Shown here: one piece after another, positions 23,201 through 35,645 of the stretch
Layout: each line of letters begins with the position of its first letter
How positions within the stretch are numbered: position 1 is the stretch's first letter
Source of the DNA: Lepidodermella squamata
Lineage: Eukaryota > Animalia > Gastrotricha
Length of the DNA: 64,000 nucleotides
Reading direction: 5' to 3'
NCBI GenBank assembly: GCA_047495785.1
Contig: JBLDXI010000036.1
Span: 1,054,001 to 1,118,000 of the forward strand
The notes under the pieces: generated by a model
What the model saw: the letters and a program-made list of their open reading frames with translations, nothing else
The model's database searches: none
Told to the model about the DNA's origin: nothing
Translations under genes and position numbers: made by a program

Positions 23201-24331
23201 ACTACGCTTGTTATGTCCCAGTTTTGAAGAAATTGACGCTTTTGAGGTCGCCGTAAATTTGAAGACAAAAATACGTGTCTTAAGAGAAAGTATTACGCCA
23301 CACATGGCAAGTTCCGTTGATTTTTGAAATTTCTGATTTTTCCCTATTTTATGTAATTTTGTGTTCCACCTCGATTTGCCTCACTTTCATCGAAAATTGG
23401 ACACGCGAGTTTTAAGAATTTACACGAATTTATTGATCCCTAAATAAATTAAATAAATTACACGAAGGTTGCGTTGTTCACTTCGCCAATTTCAATACCT
23501 CACATCGAAATATTGTGTGATTATTCACGAATAATCGCCTGTAACCGGGTTAAATTTGTTTAATAAATACGATAGATTCCGTTTACAGCAGTTTACAGTG
23601 TGTAATTTCAGGTCACATAGGTCACATCAGTCATTTTCGAAGATTTCTCCGCTTACATAGTCATGAAATTCAGCTTGGTCTAGATCCGTATTGCCGTGTA
23701 AAGCCCTATAGCATTTTTTAGTCCGGGAACTCCGATTATCTAGGTCTGTAAAGCCAAGTAACGTGCCTTATAGCATTTTATTGTCCGAAAAATCCATTCT
23801 TGTGAAGCCGTCCACCCACTTTTAACGCCCTCGGCGAATTTTTTACGCCCATACGTATTTAGATAGAACTCGATGTGCTGATCATTTTGGTGAAAACCGC
23901 ATGACGATACGACACTCCTACGCTTGGGCGTAACGCTGGGCGCAGGCTTCACATTTTGCGCGCGTTGTGTGAAGCTGTCAACCCATCTCGCCACCCATTG
24001 TTATGATCAGCGTGCGCGCGCACGCATTAGCGAGAAAAGGAAGAGTCACTTCATTTGCGTCATAGCGCACTTTCCTTTTTTATTTTTCTCGAGCTTCATC
24101 ATAACGATAACTTCCATACAATTTGAACAAAAGCAACAAAAATTTTCGCTGGAATCAGCAGCAGCAGTAAGAGTCAATAAAATATTGCCATGTTTTCAGA
24201 ATTATCGTCTGGATTTTAACAAATATTGAAATATTGTAATGTAGCTAACGGCTTTAACAATCATCGATAAGATCCTGAGATACATCAAGTAAGTATAAAA
24301 TCAAGTATTTCAGACAATTAATAATTTTGAG

Positions 24332-27287
24332 TTATTGACGTTTAAGCGAAACAATGGGTTCAAAATGGCCGCTAAGGCCGAAGCCGGAGAATTTTAGGAA
24401 AATGGCGCCATTAGAATGGTCGAAAGCAATTGTATTATTTGCACTTGAAGTGTCATAATTTAGGGCAATCACATTCTCGTAAGTATAACGGTGCCAGCCG
24501 CTTCGAGTGGCGCCAGCGATGCTGGAGTGCTCGGCGCCGTAGATGAATATTGGTATTTGAAACAGGGCCGCGGCGGCGTGTACTTCAGGGCCATCGGTTG
24601 GCTGCCCGAGCTTGAAAGGCTTGTGGCTCTTCAGGAATTGGTTTATTGATTTGTGTTTCGTGTGGTCCAGGCATCCTTTGAAGAGTTCAGCATTCTCGGC
24701 CAGGTATGCGCTTATCGCCGCTCGTACCTGGTAATTGAAATTTTATTCATTAGAATTCACACTTTTTTCAAGAACTAGAATCTTAGAATATTTCAAAATT
24801 CTTTCAACTGTTTTTATGAATATTTCACGTTTTTCTCAAGTTTCTGAATTTTTAGTTCAGGTATTTTAATATTATTGAAGCCCTGAAATATTGTAAAATT
24901 CCCTTAATTTATTGTGAAAATTCGAGACATTTTCGAGCTATTTTTCTGCTGCAAAATTTCCCAATAATATCCTAGCCCTAACTCAATTTTTTTTTAAATT
25001 ATTACCTTTGGATGTTGTTCGGCATCGTTGAAAAGCCAGAACGCTTTTGATCGAGGGAAGCAGTTGCCGTCGCCCTTAGTTGGCCAAGTTTGAAAGGGGA
25101 TGCTGCGCTCCCACGAAATTGGAGGGCAGCTTTTAACGTTAGCCAAACGCTTAGGAACCAGCGAATGGTCGAGTCCGCAAAGAGTCGCAGCTCGAAGGCG
25201 GGATTCGTAACTTGGCGGTAAGAACTTCGGGTGAGAGATAGAACGATTTCGTTGATTGTTACTCGGCTTGGATTTTTCATTCGCTAGATTCACTGTGGAG
25301 TTCGCCGAATCTGAAATATCGAAAATGAAATGAAAACTTCAAATAAATCCTACCATCTGAAATTACAGCAGGTTCCGAAGTTGGAAGTTCAGCTGGTTTC
25401 GGTTCCACATTGTTCGACTTTCTTCGTTTCGCCGGGATAGGCAGAATCTTCCGAGGGCTAGGCGATGGAATCGGGGGCAAGGAATCTGTAGAATAATTAA
25501 GGTGGAATAAATCAGTTGACATCACAGGAAATTCATACCTTGGCTGTGATCAGCTTTCGATTCTGAAGCCGAGGACAAATCGATGAACACTTTCCTTTTC
25601 TTGGATCTTCGAGTTACCAAGACCGAATCATCGAAAACATCTGCAGGGCAAGAAACAGTTGAAAAATACGATTTTAATGAAAAATAGGATATTCAAACCT
25701 GTAATCGGGTTGGGAGAGGACCTGGCAATGGGTTCAATTCCGGAGATATCGGCTGATAAATCGACTGATGAATCAGGCTGTTGGAAGGTGACGCGACTTG
25801 TTTTACACTTGGAACCTTTCGATTTAGATTTTCCTAAAAAAAAGTTCATAAAATAAGGAAAATTGAATAAATTAAAATTAGCTATTCCGAATTTTGAAAG
25901 GAATTTCGAGAGGAATTACGAAAGACAAACCTTTCTTTCGATTTTTGTCTTTGATGGCTTTCATCTCCGAAAAGGTCTTGGGCTGTTCAGCCTGGTTTTC
26001 AGGTTTTTCAGCGAGTGTCGCGGCGAAAGCTGGCAAACCTTCCAGGCATTGACGTGCCTTTTGGACAACCGGCCAGCCGAACGTAAGGTGACCACCAGCA
26101 CGGAAAAATGGTCAACAGGTTGTCTCTGAACTTAGTCGCGATTTTAGGGCAGAAGTAAGGGTTCGCTTCAAAATCGCCACGGTCGATTTGACGATTTGCT
26201 GCCGAAAGTTCCTCGCTGAAAACTCGTTCGAATTGAGAGAAAATAGGCTGACAGGCTTGCTTGTAGGTCGGTTGCTTTTGAACCAAGTCGTTTTTTATGT
26301 CAAAAAACATTAAATTCGAGCCAACTTCTCCTGAGACCGGATTGTCAGTAGACTGGCCATCCTGCTGATTGATCTCCGCCTGAACATCGATAGCGGCTTT
26401 CATTGCTGACTCCACCTCGTCTCGAAGTACGACGCCCTGATTCCAAACCGCCATGAGTTCAGCATCGGCAGCGGAAACTTCAGGAGTCAGAAATGTATTC
26501 ACTGTTAACCGAACGGTGAGTCGAAGAAACTTCAGGAAATTCAAGAAATTTTCCGAACTTTGAATTACTCCAAAGCATTTCAGGAAGGCAAATTTCGAAT
26601 CCGAACCATGTTCGCGATCAGTTCGGAACCAATTCGAAATCGCTTTAACAACATGGCCGATGCAGAGCAGTATGAAGGTGAAGATGCAACCCTCGGGTAT
26701 GACGACTTCCCCGGGTCGATCAGCTTCATCAATCGGCCGGGTAAACGTAACAACTCGCGAAATATATGCCTGAAAGCAGCATTGATTGAAGGTCTGACTA
26801 ACCGCTTGAAGTAAGCCGAAGGAAATATCGCAAACCACGCCTTGGCGTGAAGAACAGCGGCCGATTCAGATGAAGATGCTAATTCCTCGTGGCGTTCGCC
26901 TTTCAGTCGACGAGAAACAGGTTTCGATTGTGCAGCATGATTCGCCTCACCGGTTAATTTAACGCTGATCGTGGTACTCGGCGTCGTAGCGTTGGCGAGC
27001 CAAGTCGCGTCGATGGTTCGAGGGCAACCCTTAACGGAACAGTAGCCGTTGGCGGTGACCACGTTGGTAGTTTTGCCGATTTTATGGCCTTGAAACGCGA
27101 AGGGACAGCCAACCCCGATACCAGAGCCAACCATCTCGTAGTAGACTACGTCGTCCCAACCTGAACCCGGGGGATACTTCCTTCGAATGCGATCACTTTC
27201 GCGAGCATCGATTGTCTCAGGAAATTTCTTCGTACTGATTTCGAAGGTGAACTCCTCGACAAGTTGTTCTTGAGAAGACGATGCCAT
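24332..27287 (-). pseudogene. NOF-like MULE transposase with C-terminal OTU cysteine-protease domain; core broken by two frame changes
   Basis: N-terminal CPFAF..CSVKGC..H zinc-binding region; VCDISFGLLQAV and LCIGH (MULE D..CxxH). Frame breaks near 26840 and 26070. Clean spliced exons ~25832-25699, 25640-25539, 25485-25354, 25310-25006 (GDGNCF), 24727-24332 (GHFEPIV). Confidence 0.75.
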
Positions 27288-28514
27288 GGAATCATCTAAA
27301 ATTCATGTCAAAATTTGAAAGACCCGTGAAATTTCATAATAAAAAGATAAAGATTCCTAATGAATTCAGAATTCAGATGACTTTGAAAAAAACAGCCGAA
27401 ACAAGCAAAATTAAATGCGTTATGGAATCTTTTTTAGGTAACAAACTTCCTTCCACCTTAAAAATCGCTTCGATTAATGAACTTCGATTTGCCAGGGCTA
27501 GTCACGTGTCTCATTCATCTATCAATAATGAATAATGACTCTGAACGAAACGTTATCTCTTAGTTAGTAAAGACATTAGTCGATTCTCTTGAAAATTTCT
27601 AAACTTTAAGTTACCTATTTTGCATGAGGGTTAGAGGATCTCGAAAATGAGATGTGAACTCATGGCGAGAACAATGCGAAAAATTAAAAAAAAATCGAGA
27701 TTTACTATCAAATAAGGCACTTGTTAATGGGATTAAAGATCTGGAGAAATTTTGTCCAATCGGGTAAGATACCGAAAATTACAGAACTAATTACCATCGG
27801 GGTTTTCCGGATTTTCTCCGGGAAAAATAAATCTCGGTTAAATCACGGCTAAAAGACGGAATTTCCTCTCAAATTAACAAAATTTGTGAAATTTCCTACA
27901 AAAAGCTGCCAAGTTAAAAAATAGTTGCCCTACTTCCGGGACACTTAGATTTACTTTCCTTCCCGAATAATATCTAACGGAAAATAATCTACTGGAAAAT
28001 GGTAAATGGGATTGACTTGCGTCAAATTATTCTGGGTTTGTCTGATGCTTCGAAAATGCGTCGGTCTGATAGAAATCAAAACTCTAGTCGGCGCTAGCCT
28101 AAAACTAATCACATTTTTCAGATCAAAAAGCTATATATTTTGGTATAATTAGAAACGCTCTCCTACATGTTTGTCATGTCTCGGAACTTAAATGGGCCGC
28201 ATTAAAGCGTGGAATGAAAAAATGGTGTAAAATGTAGGGTATGGTATTAAAAGCCTAAAAATAAGTAAATGTCTAACCTTCGATTGTTTGCCGAGTCGAT
28301 CGCGTATTTCGACCCATGGCCGTGCGTTCAGCTCTTAGTTTAATCAGATCAATAACAAAAGTGATTAATGAACTAAAACAATAGGAAAATTTGTTATCTG
28401 TTAATTCGTTTGTGAGCTGATAGTAACGAAAATCGATGAAGCGTGGAGGACAATAGGGAAAAGCTAGCTGCGGTAATCAACAAAAATGATTAGGGATGGG
28501 ATGGGAACAGAGTC

Positions 28515-28570
28515 ATAGGATCTCGGATCTCAGGTATAGGATATAGGATATAGGACATAGGACATAGGAT
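28515..28570. repeat. 7-bp tandem repeat (ATAGGAY)n
   Basis: TATAGGATATAGGATATAGGACATAGGACATAGGAT. Confidence 0.8.
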
Positions 28571-29702
28571 TAAGAAATTCTACATGCCCGACAATCATTT
28601 CACCCGGTTTTTTCCTATTACGAGTCCATTTACGCTTTGCGTGATTATTTTTGAGGCGGCTTAGAAGCGCCGCCCGCCCAGCTAAGAGATAGGCGCGCGT
28701 GATCACCGTCGCCATCACGCTACAACAAGGTGCACAGGTGCGCCGGCACCGCTTTGATCACAGCGCTGCCGCTTCAACAATCAGCAAGCTCTGGAGCTGT
28801 ATGGATCTTGATTTCTATCATTTTCAAGTTGATTATCATCTGCCACTGCCATAATATCATGAATATTTCGTCAAAATAACCACTCGGAAACGCCTTCCAA
28901 TTCATCACTTTATTCAGTTCAAATAACCGCGGCCTTGAAAAATATAATGACAGTATGGAATAGAATAATAACAAAATGTAATCCTGGTGCCGAAAAAAAT
29001 AGCATTCATACGCGCCATTACACGAATCAAGCGCGTACACAATGACGCGAACAATGGGTGGCGAGATGGGTTGACAGCTTCACACAACGCGCGCAAAATG
29101 TGAAGCCTGCGCCCAGCGTTACGCCCAAGCGTAGGAGTGTCGTATCGTCATGCGGTTTTCACCAAAATGATCAGCACATCGAGTTCTATCTAAATACGTA
29201 TGGGCGTAAAAAATTCGCCGAGGGCGTTAAAAGTGGGTGGACGGCTTCACAAGAATGAAAAAACCGCCTGCCGATGTCTGTAAAGCCGTGTAATTCGTCT
29301 AACTGAGCTTTACAGTCCCTTAGTATCAGCTGTTGGCAGTCTGGCAGTGGCAGCCAAGTAAAGTGCTTATAGCATGTTACAGTCCGGAAACTCAGCTTGT
29401 CTAGGTCTGTAAAACCGGGTAACTTGCCTTTTAGCAGTTTACAGACCATACTTTCAGCTTTTGACAGTCTGTAAAGTTGGACAACATGTTTTATTGCCAA
29501 TTACAGCAGCAAAAAGCAGCATTTCCACGGTTGTAAACCGCTGTATCAAGCCTTATTTCGAATTACATAGGCGAAAAATCAGCTTACAGCCGGATCCTGA
29601 GCTGGAATAAATCGACATCACAGCACTTTACAGCAAAATTCAGGCAAATACACGATTTTATTCCGATTTACAGAGCCTGCATGATCAATTACAGAGCCTG
29701 CA

Positions 29703-29866
29703 TGAATAACTCGGATTTAAGCTTGTTTACATCCATTTTAAGGTGATGGGTGACAAGCAAAAAGTATTTTGTTTTTTTGCCTCTTCATTCACGTAAAAAA
29801 CCCGCTTTTTACCTGTCACCTGTGACCTTGAAACGGATGTAACCAAGCCCAAATCCGAGTTATTCA
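29703..29866. mobile_element. Small MITE
   Basis: Imperfect ~32-bp TIRs TGAATAACTCGGATTT...AAATCCGAGTTATTCA. Confidence 0.65.
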
Positions 29867-30361
29867 ACGACGCTAACGATGTCCTCGTTATGAGCTTGAT
29901 CCCGAAAACAGCTGGGCGTGTTCTCCTGAATGAGTTCATCCTAGCTCTGTCAGCAATTTCGGCGATCATCTCGATCTATCAGCTATGGGCGAATTTGGTC
30001 TATGAGCCTAAAACAAAGCTTAGCAAGAAATTCGAGAAGAAAATCATTGCTGGTGTGCATGTCATTCAATTTCTTGATGTTGTTTTGGTTTTTTTATTCA
30101 CCTACCCGCCATTTGACCTAATTCTCCCCCCATCAACCATCAAGTTGTTTTCGCGGCTATGCGCCGCCGCCGCAATGTCGAGGGTGCTTATTGACGTAGT
30201 GGCTAGACAATTCGATGTGATCATCGCGCGAAAACAACATCGCCTCAGCCAGGGATCGCGACAGCTGATATCATTCGCGAACCCGTTTTCATGGCTCGAA
30301 GCGCTACTAGCTCATTTTATCACTTATCATTTCGATATTAACTTGAAATATCACTCTTAAC

Positions 30362-31016
30362 ATGCAAACTGAAGTTATTTCTTTGATCGCACTGCTATAC
30401 TGCTCCGCTGTTGCGTACGCAGGCAAGGTTACGACAGCTCCATTGCTAACATGTAAGTCGTACCGGAATTGCTATCGATCATTCTTAACTCTTTCATCTT
30501 AGATCCTGATGGTGATGGCCCAATGGGGAAGAACAGTGAGTGTTGTATCAACTTAGCGCAGTCACTTTTTCGGAAGCGGAGGAAATCGCACAATCGGAAA
30601 AATTATTATTCATTCCAAAAATAATGAACGACAAATACGATATCGCGTTTAACTGTTTTTCAATTTTGCGATCTTTTCCGCGTCCGTGGAAAGTGGCTGC
30701 GTTATGAATCTATTAATCAATCCGTTCCGTTCTGAATTATGCATCATTAATAGTTCCTGGCGCCTTATATCCAGGGCAGACAAGTAAGAGATAGACTTTT
30801 TAATATACCAATCATGGTTTACTTAAACTTAAACTATACCACCGCAGCTCGTTCTGCAGTCAAGCTATTAAAGTCAAGTAAGTGTCAGCTCTACAATTTC
30901 TGATATTGACTCATTTCTTCACACCTCCAGCCGCCACCCAGCCAACCGATCCGCCAACTAGTATGTGTCATTAAAATTTGAAATTAATCACATCAGGACA
31001 CTCGAGAAGAGATTGA
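30362..31016 (+). CDS. Small secreted micro-exon protein, family copy A2 (77 aa)
   Basis: Exons 30362-30452, 30503-30535 (33 nt), 30754-30783 (30), 30848-30877 (30), 30931-30960 (30), 30997-31016; all GT-AG, phase 1. Product MQTEVISLIALLYCSAVAYAGKVTTAPLLTYPDGDGPMGKNIPGALYPGQTTRSAVKLLKSTATQPTDPPTRHSRRD. Confidence 0.8.
30554..30704. mobile_element. Hairpin MITE in intron 2 of copy A2
   Basis: Imperfect inverted arms TAGCGCAGTCACTTT...AAAGTGGCTGCGTTA. Confidence 0.6.
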
Positions 31017-32234
31017 ACTTGACATCTTCAGTGCTACCGAATTTGTTTTTCCAAAATGAATTTTCGTATCAGAGCGCGCGCGAAAATTGAAGCCGTATAA
31101 CGCTGTCATTGTTGCAATTGCAAATGATTAATGATTAACAGTGGCGTAACCAGCTGGTTGTTTTGGTTGTTTAAACTTTAAACAACTACCAAAATGAAAA
31201 CTCAAAACCCCTCTTCGGCCTATTTTCTCTAGAAAATGGCTCAAATTGATTATAACGTGGAGAAGATGTTTTGCAAAATTGCAAGAAATCTTCTCGCCAC
31301 GCTCGAAATCTCAATATTGTCAACATTCCTATTGAAAATAGGCTCTCGTCGACCTTGGATTCCCCAGCCACCCCCGCCACCCCCGTCAGTTTGTGGTATG
31401 TATTACCCATTTTCCTGTCGATATATACAAAACTATTCCGTTACAGTTCGCCGCTTCCTCCTTTTTTCATGGCGGTGCTAAGCACTCAGAAACTTGGATG
31501 ATATGATGCCACGGGCTACTAGCTGGAATCACTTCTTTTGATGGTGACGATCAAGTAAACGGTAGATATTAATTCCATAATATATTCAAAGTTCAAGAGA
31601 ATTATTTATCAATAGCTTGCCCGTGTTTGTTTTTGAGCATCTATATGTTTTATGCTTGACGGTATGAAAGGCATATGTGTTAGTGGATGCCACATACCTT
31701 TGCTAATTTTGTAAAAGCTTCTATTTAAATAAAATGATTTCAGGTGGTGGGGAGAAAGCCGCCTTTGTTTACTATTTACTATTACAGGCCAAGTTAACGC
31801 ATCCAATGTCGCAAGGCCGTGCAAAATTCGTTATTGCGGTACGGTCCCCTTCAATTGAAAAAGAGTGCATTGTGGCATTCCGGAAACTAGAAAATTTGGA
31901 TTTTACAGACTGATTGACTAGTCCATCGCGAGTGAAGAGTCGTTAATTATAAGGTATTAGAGTTGGCTGAGATACCTTGCAGATCCGGATTTGAAAGCGG
32001 GCAAAGCTGGTAAGATTCTCCTTAGACGTTATACAGCTAATAATTTGAAGGAAATAACCTTAGAGATCAACCTTAGAGAGATAAAGATCGAATTATTATT
32101 ATTTATCGAATAAATATCGAATTGAAAAACCCAATGTGTAATGTGAAATTCATCACATCCATGACAGCGCCATTCGGTACAACACAAGGGGCTCATAGCT
32201 TCAATTTTTGGACATTTCGGCAAACGGCCTAATT

Positions 32235-33093
32235 CAGTGGTGCGCAAACTCGGTCGCAAGCGGCCGGTCGAGGCATTTTTTGCGGCCGGCTGGCCTTTCG
32301 GCTCAGTAACATTACATGCGGCCGGTCGAAGCTTGTGCAGTCGGTGATTTGGTATTATAGGGGTACAGAAGGCACCTAGCTCCAAAGTTTTGTTGAGCAA
32401 TCGATAGGTCTAGCCACCTTAATTTAATGGGGTAATTTTTGTAATTTTTTATGGTCAAATAATGGCTGAAATTTGGGACTATCAATGGACTGATCGATGA
32501 ACTATCTTGCTAATTTTGGCGGTTTGTTCCTCCTCGAATGAGATGCCACGAGCTTTTCCACTTTTTTTCAACTTGAAAGCGGCTAAGACAAAGTGATAAA
32601 ACGGAGAGATTTCATAAACCTTGGACCTGTTTTCTATCTGGAACATACATTAAAAATTGCGTTTTGAAACCTTTTTAACCTTTGCCTTTTGACATCATCT
32701 TGGACTGAACTTTGACACAAAATTTTTGGAACCATAGATTGGAACGTGGTACTCGATTTTTTTATTTCAGATGAATCTAGAATTTGAGACTGGTACAAAA
32801 ACAGGGGATCAATGATTTAACCTGAGAAGGCTGGGTTGCATTTGTGGCTTTTGGGTAGTCTGGGTTTTGGGTTTTCTGCATCAACCACCGTAGGAAATTG
32901 GAAATAGGTATTAATTTTGAATTTTGTCGTCGAAATCTTGGTTTAGAGAAAAATGTTACAACGAAAATCAGTTGATTTGGCCGTTGACATTCCGGCAGTG
33001 CGGCCGGTTTAAGACGCCGAGAGTGTTGCGGCCGGTTGGGGACATTTCCGGCCGCCAAAATTGCTGGAGGTAAAATAAGTTTGCGCACCACTG
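32235..33093. mobile_element. Non-autonomous hAT element
   Basis: 16-bp TIR CAGTGGTGCGCAAACT; perfect 8-bp TSD GCCTAATT; subterminal GCGGCCGG repeats. Confidence 0.9.
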
Positions 33094-34179
33094 GCCTAAT
33101 TCCGTCACTGCTTAGAACCGAGCATAGAGACTTGATTTTTCTGGATGCAAACGTTTTCTCGTATTTTGTTCGCAATACGTGAAACGGGAAATGCATGAAG
33201 TAGCCGAGGTGTAGGTTTCGGCGATCATGCAGGAAGATCCGAAAAATCACAGTGCACGAGAGTTCAACCAAAATGCGACAGGGCAGAAAATCTGTGTCTC
33301 GGAGCTTTTCAGAATTTTCAATCAAATGTTCTCACCATAGTAGGAAATAGTAAAGATCGGAAGCTTACGATCCTGCTATAGTGTCAAAATTTAAGGGTGC
33401 AAAGGTCACCCTGTGCAAAGCCAGGTTTATGTACGTTTTTTTTGAGCCATGAACGCATAGCTAAATGTATAATTTTGAATCGATTTTTCAGAAAACGCCA
33501 TTTTTCTATTTTTTCCTGGTACACATTTTTATGCTCTATCTAACGAGACCAGGCTCATCTTCCTAGGACCTATACAAGGTCATCTGGATATTCGCAAAGT
33601 AACTTAAAAAAATCCCGAAGATCAAAATTAGTGGATGAAGTCGGGGCGGTAAAAATTGTAAAAATTTGGTTGGAAAATCCCAGAAAAAATGTTTTCATTA
33701 CCAGGATGGGCTAAGCTATCGAAATGTATAACTTTTATTCCCGTCCGATTTTTTTTGAATTATTATTACTATCTATGGTTCTCACTTTACAACAGTTGCA
33801 AAGTTCGGCCTTCCACCTTTCAGCCTGATGAGGCTAAAAGCTGAAAATCTTAGAAAATACGCCTAATGCGTACACTGTTTATTCCGGAAAACTATTATCA
33901 TAATGACAAGTTGAGCGTTAAGCTGAATAAAAATTGCTAGAAATTAATTCCTAATTCACGTATGACCTATTCGAACTCAACTCATCTTCAATAACAGTCA
34001 ATTTTGCCGTCACATCGAGGGTGCGTATTTGCGTAGCGTCTAGACCCCGCATAATAATGATCACTCAATAACATCGATGGCTGATATGATACGAACGCCA
34101 ATTTTCAGGGCTCGCAGCGCTATCATGTCATTTCATCAATTATAATTTCAATATCCACTTTGAATATCTAGCTATTATC

Positions 34180-35645
34180 ATGGAGAGTAAAGTGTTTTCG
34201 TTGGTGATCGCAGTGCTATCCTGCCTCAGTGTTGTGGCATCTAAACCAGCGACACCTCAGTTGCCGCCAAGTAAGCTTTCGCGAAATGCCTAACGACCAC
34301 ATACTTAACCAAAAAATACCTTATCTCAGCATTTGGATCATCAGTGCCATTGAGCCCGCCGGATACTGCGCGTAATTCCCGAGCTTTTCACTTTTTTCTA
34401 AATAGCATTGTTTTATTGTAGCACCCAGCGCCATCGAGCCAGAAAAGTTGCGGCCGAGTAGGTTTTGAAATACATTTCAATAATTAACTATCAATTCATG
34501 CTAATACAGCTGACGGGAAATCCTCAACGCCGAAAGGTAAGCGATACCCGAACGCCGTCAATTGGTTTTTAAAACTCTGTCTATGCAAGGTAAAATGGTT
34601 CAAGCCGATTACATGTGCGAGAATAAGCCGTACGAAGAATTCAATATGACACTCAATGACGATTGCGTGGGCCGATGTGAGGACGCAAAACCCTGTAAAG
34701 CAGTCCAAGTGCTGCGTAACAACTGTAAACTGTACAAAGCCTGCATTGCAACCGACGAATTTCCGACACCTGGGAGCGTTGTTTTCGTCCGCGAAGGCGA
34801 GTTATCTCGGCCATCAACAAGTATGTATAAAATCCTATTACCTGAAAGTTATTCCTAATTAAAATTATGCTATTTTAGCCGTCACAAAATTTAATATGTC
34901 GCAACGTATGTTACACAAATTTTTACATGAATCTTTCCAAACTAAAATTATGCAACCATAGGCTATATGAACGTCGAATACATGTGCAAGGAAAAGCCAG
35001 ATAATATCTTTGAAGTACCTGACCTTGTTAACTGCGCCAATCGATGCCTAAAGCGAAGCTCGTGTAAAGCCATAAGCTACACTGGCCATACATGCTCAAG
35101 GTACGATAACTGCAACGGCACGGATATCCACCTGGCGCTTGAAACTCGTGTATTTGTTCTCGTCGAATACACCTTATTTTTCAAATATGCACCTCCTATT
35201 TCGAAGACGCCAGGCATGTTACAATCCTCAATACTTGAAATTATTTACAGCAGCTTTTTATTTATTTACAGATGCCGATATCGTTCAGGTTGATTACAAG
35301 TGCGAGGAAAATTCTAGCAGCAGCTACCAAAATACTTCACTGGTCGCATGCAAGAGCAAATGCTTACATATGGAATCCTGCAAAGCTATCAGTTATGTCG
35401 AGGACAGGTGTTCTCTCTACAATAGCTGCAACAATTCAAACAGGCTAGCGCAATACCCGGATGTTGTTTACGTTCGCGCGATGTACATAAAGTATAACGC
35501 TGAGAATCTCTCTCAGAAATCAAAAAATCAAATTTATCAATCGGATGAAAATCCCTTTGGCGAGAGTTACCAATTTGATGGTAAATCATGGAGTGATAAC
35601 AACAGAGATTATGATTTGATTTACAAATTGTTTTCGATGATTTGA
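34180..35645 (+). CDS. Secreted protein, family copy C: signal peptide + micro-exons + three PAN/apple-like Cys domains
   Basis: Exons 34180-34270, 34330-34371, 34422-34457, 34510-34536, 34590-34820, 34879-34905, 34962-35213 (GC donor), 35272-35645; all phase 1. Repeated C..CxxxC..CKA..CxLY..C pattern. Confidence 0.8.

Larger units (their letters stand above)
23796..29256 (-). mobile_element. Mutator/NOF-Foldback-like DNA transposon
   Basis: 207-bp essentially identical TIRs (23796-24002, 29050-29256); 9-bp TSD GAAAAATCC/GAAAAAACC (23787-23795, 29257-29265); internal transposase. Confidence 0.88.

Noticed and set aside
23740-29258. Two near-identical MARWVDSFTQ ORFs
   Set aside because: Translations of the MULE TIRs, not genes
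29890-30360. 156-aa ORF upstream of copy A2
   Set aside because: Overlaps the conserved upstream region; the homologous DNA at 1-115 and 2310-2495 is interrupted; no domain recognised
33825-33846. Hammerhead-like core CTGATGA-GGCTAAAAGCT-GAAA
   Set aside because: Stem II forms, but no convincing stem I/III with a UH cleavage site in either topology; flanks pair better as a simple hairpin
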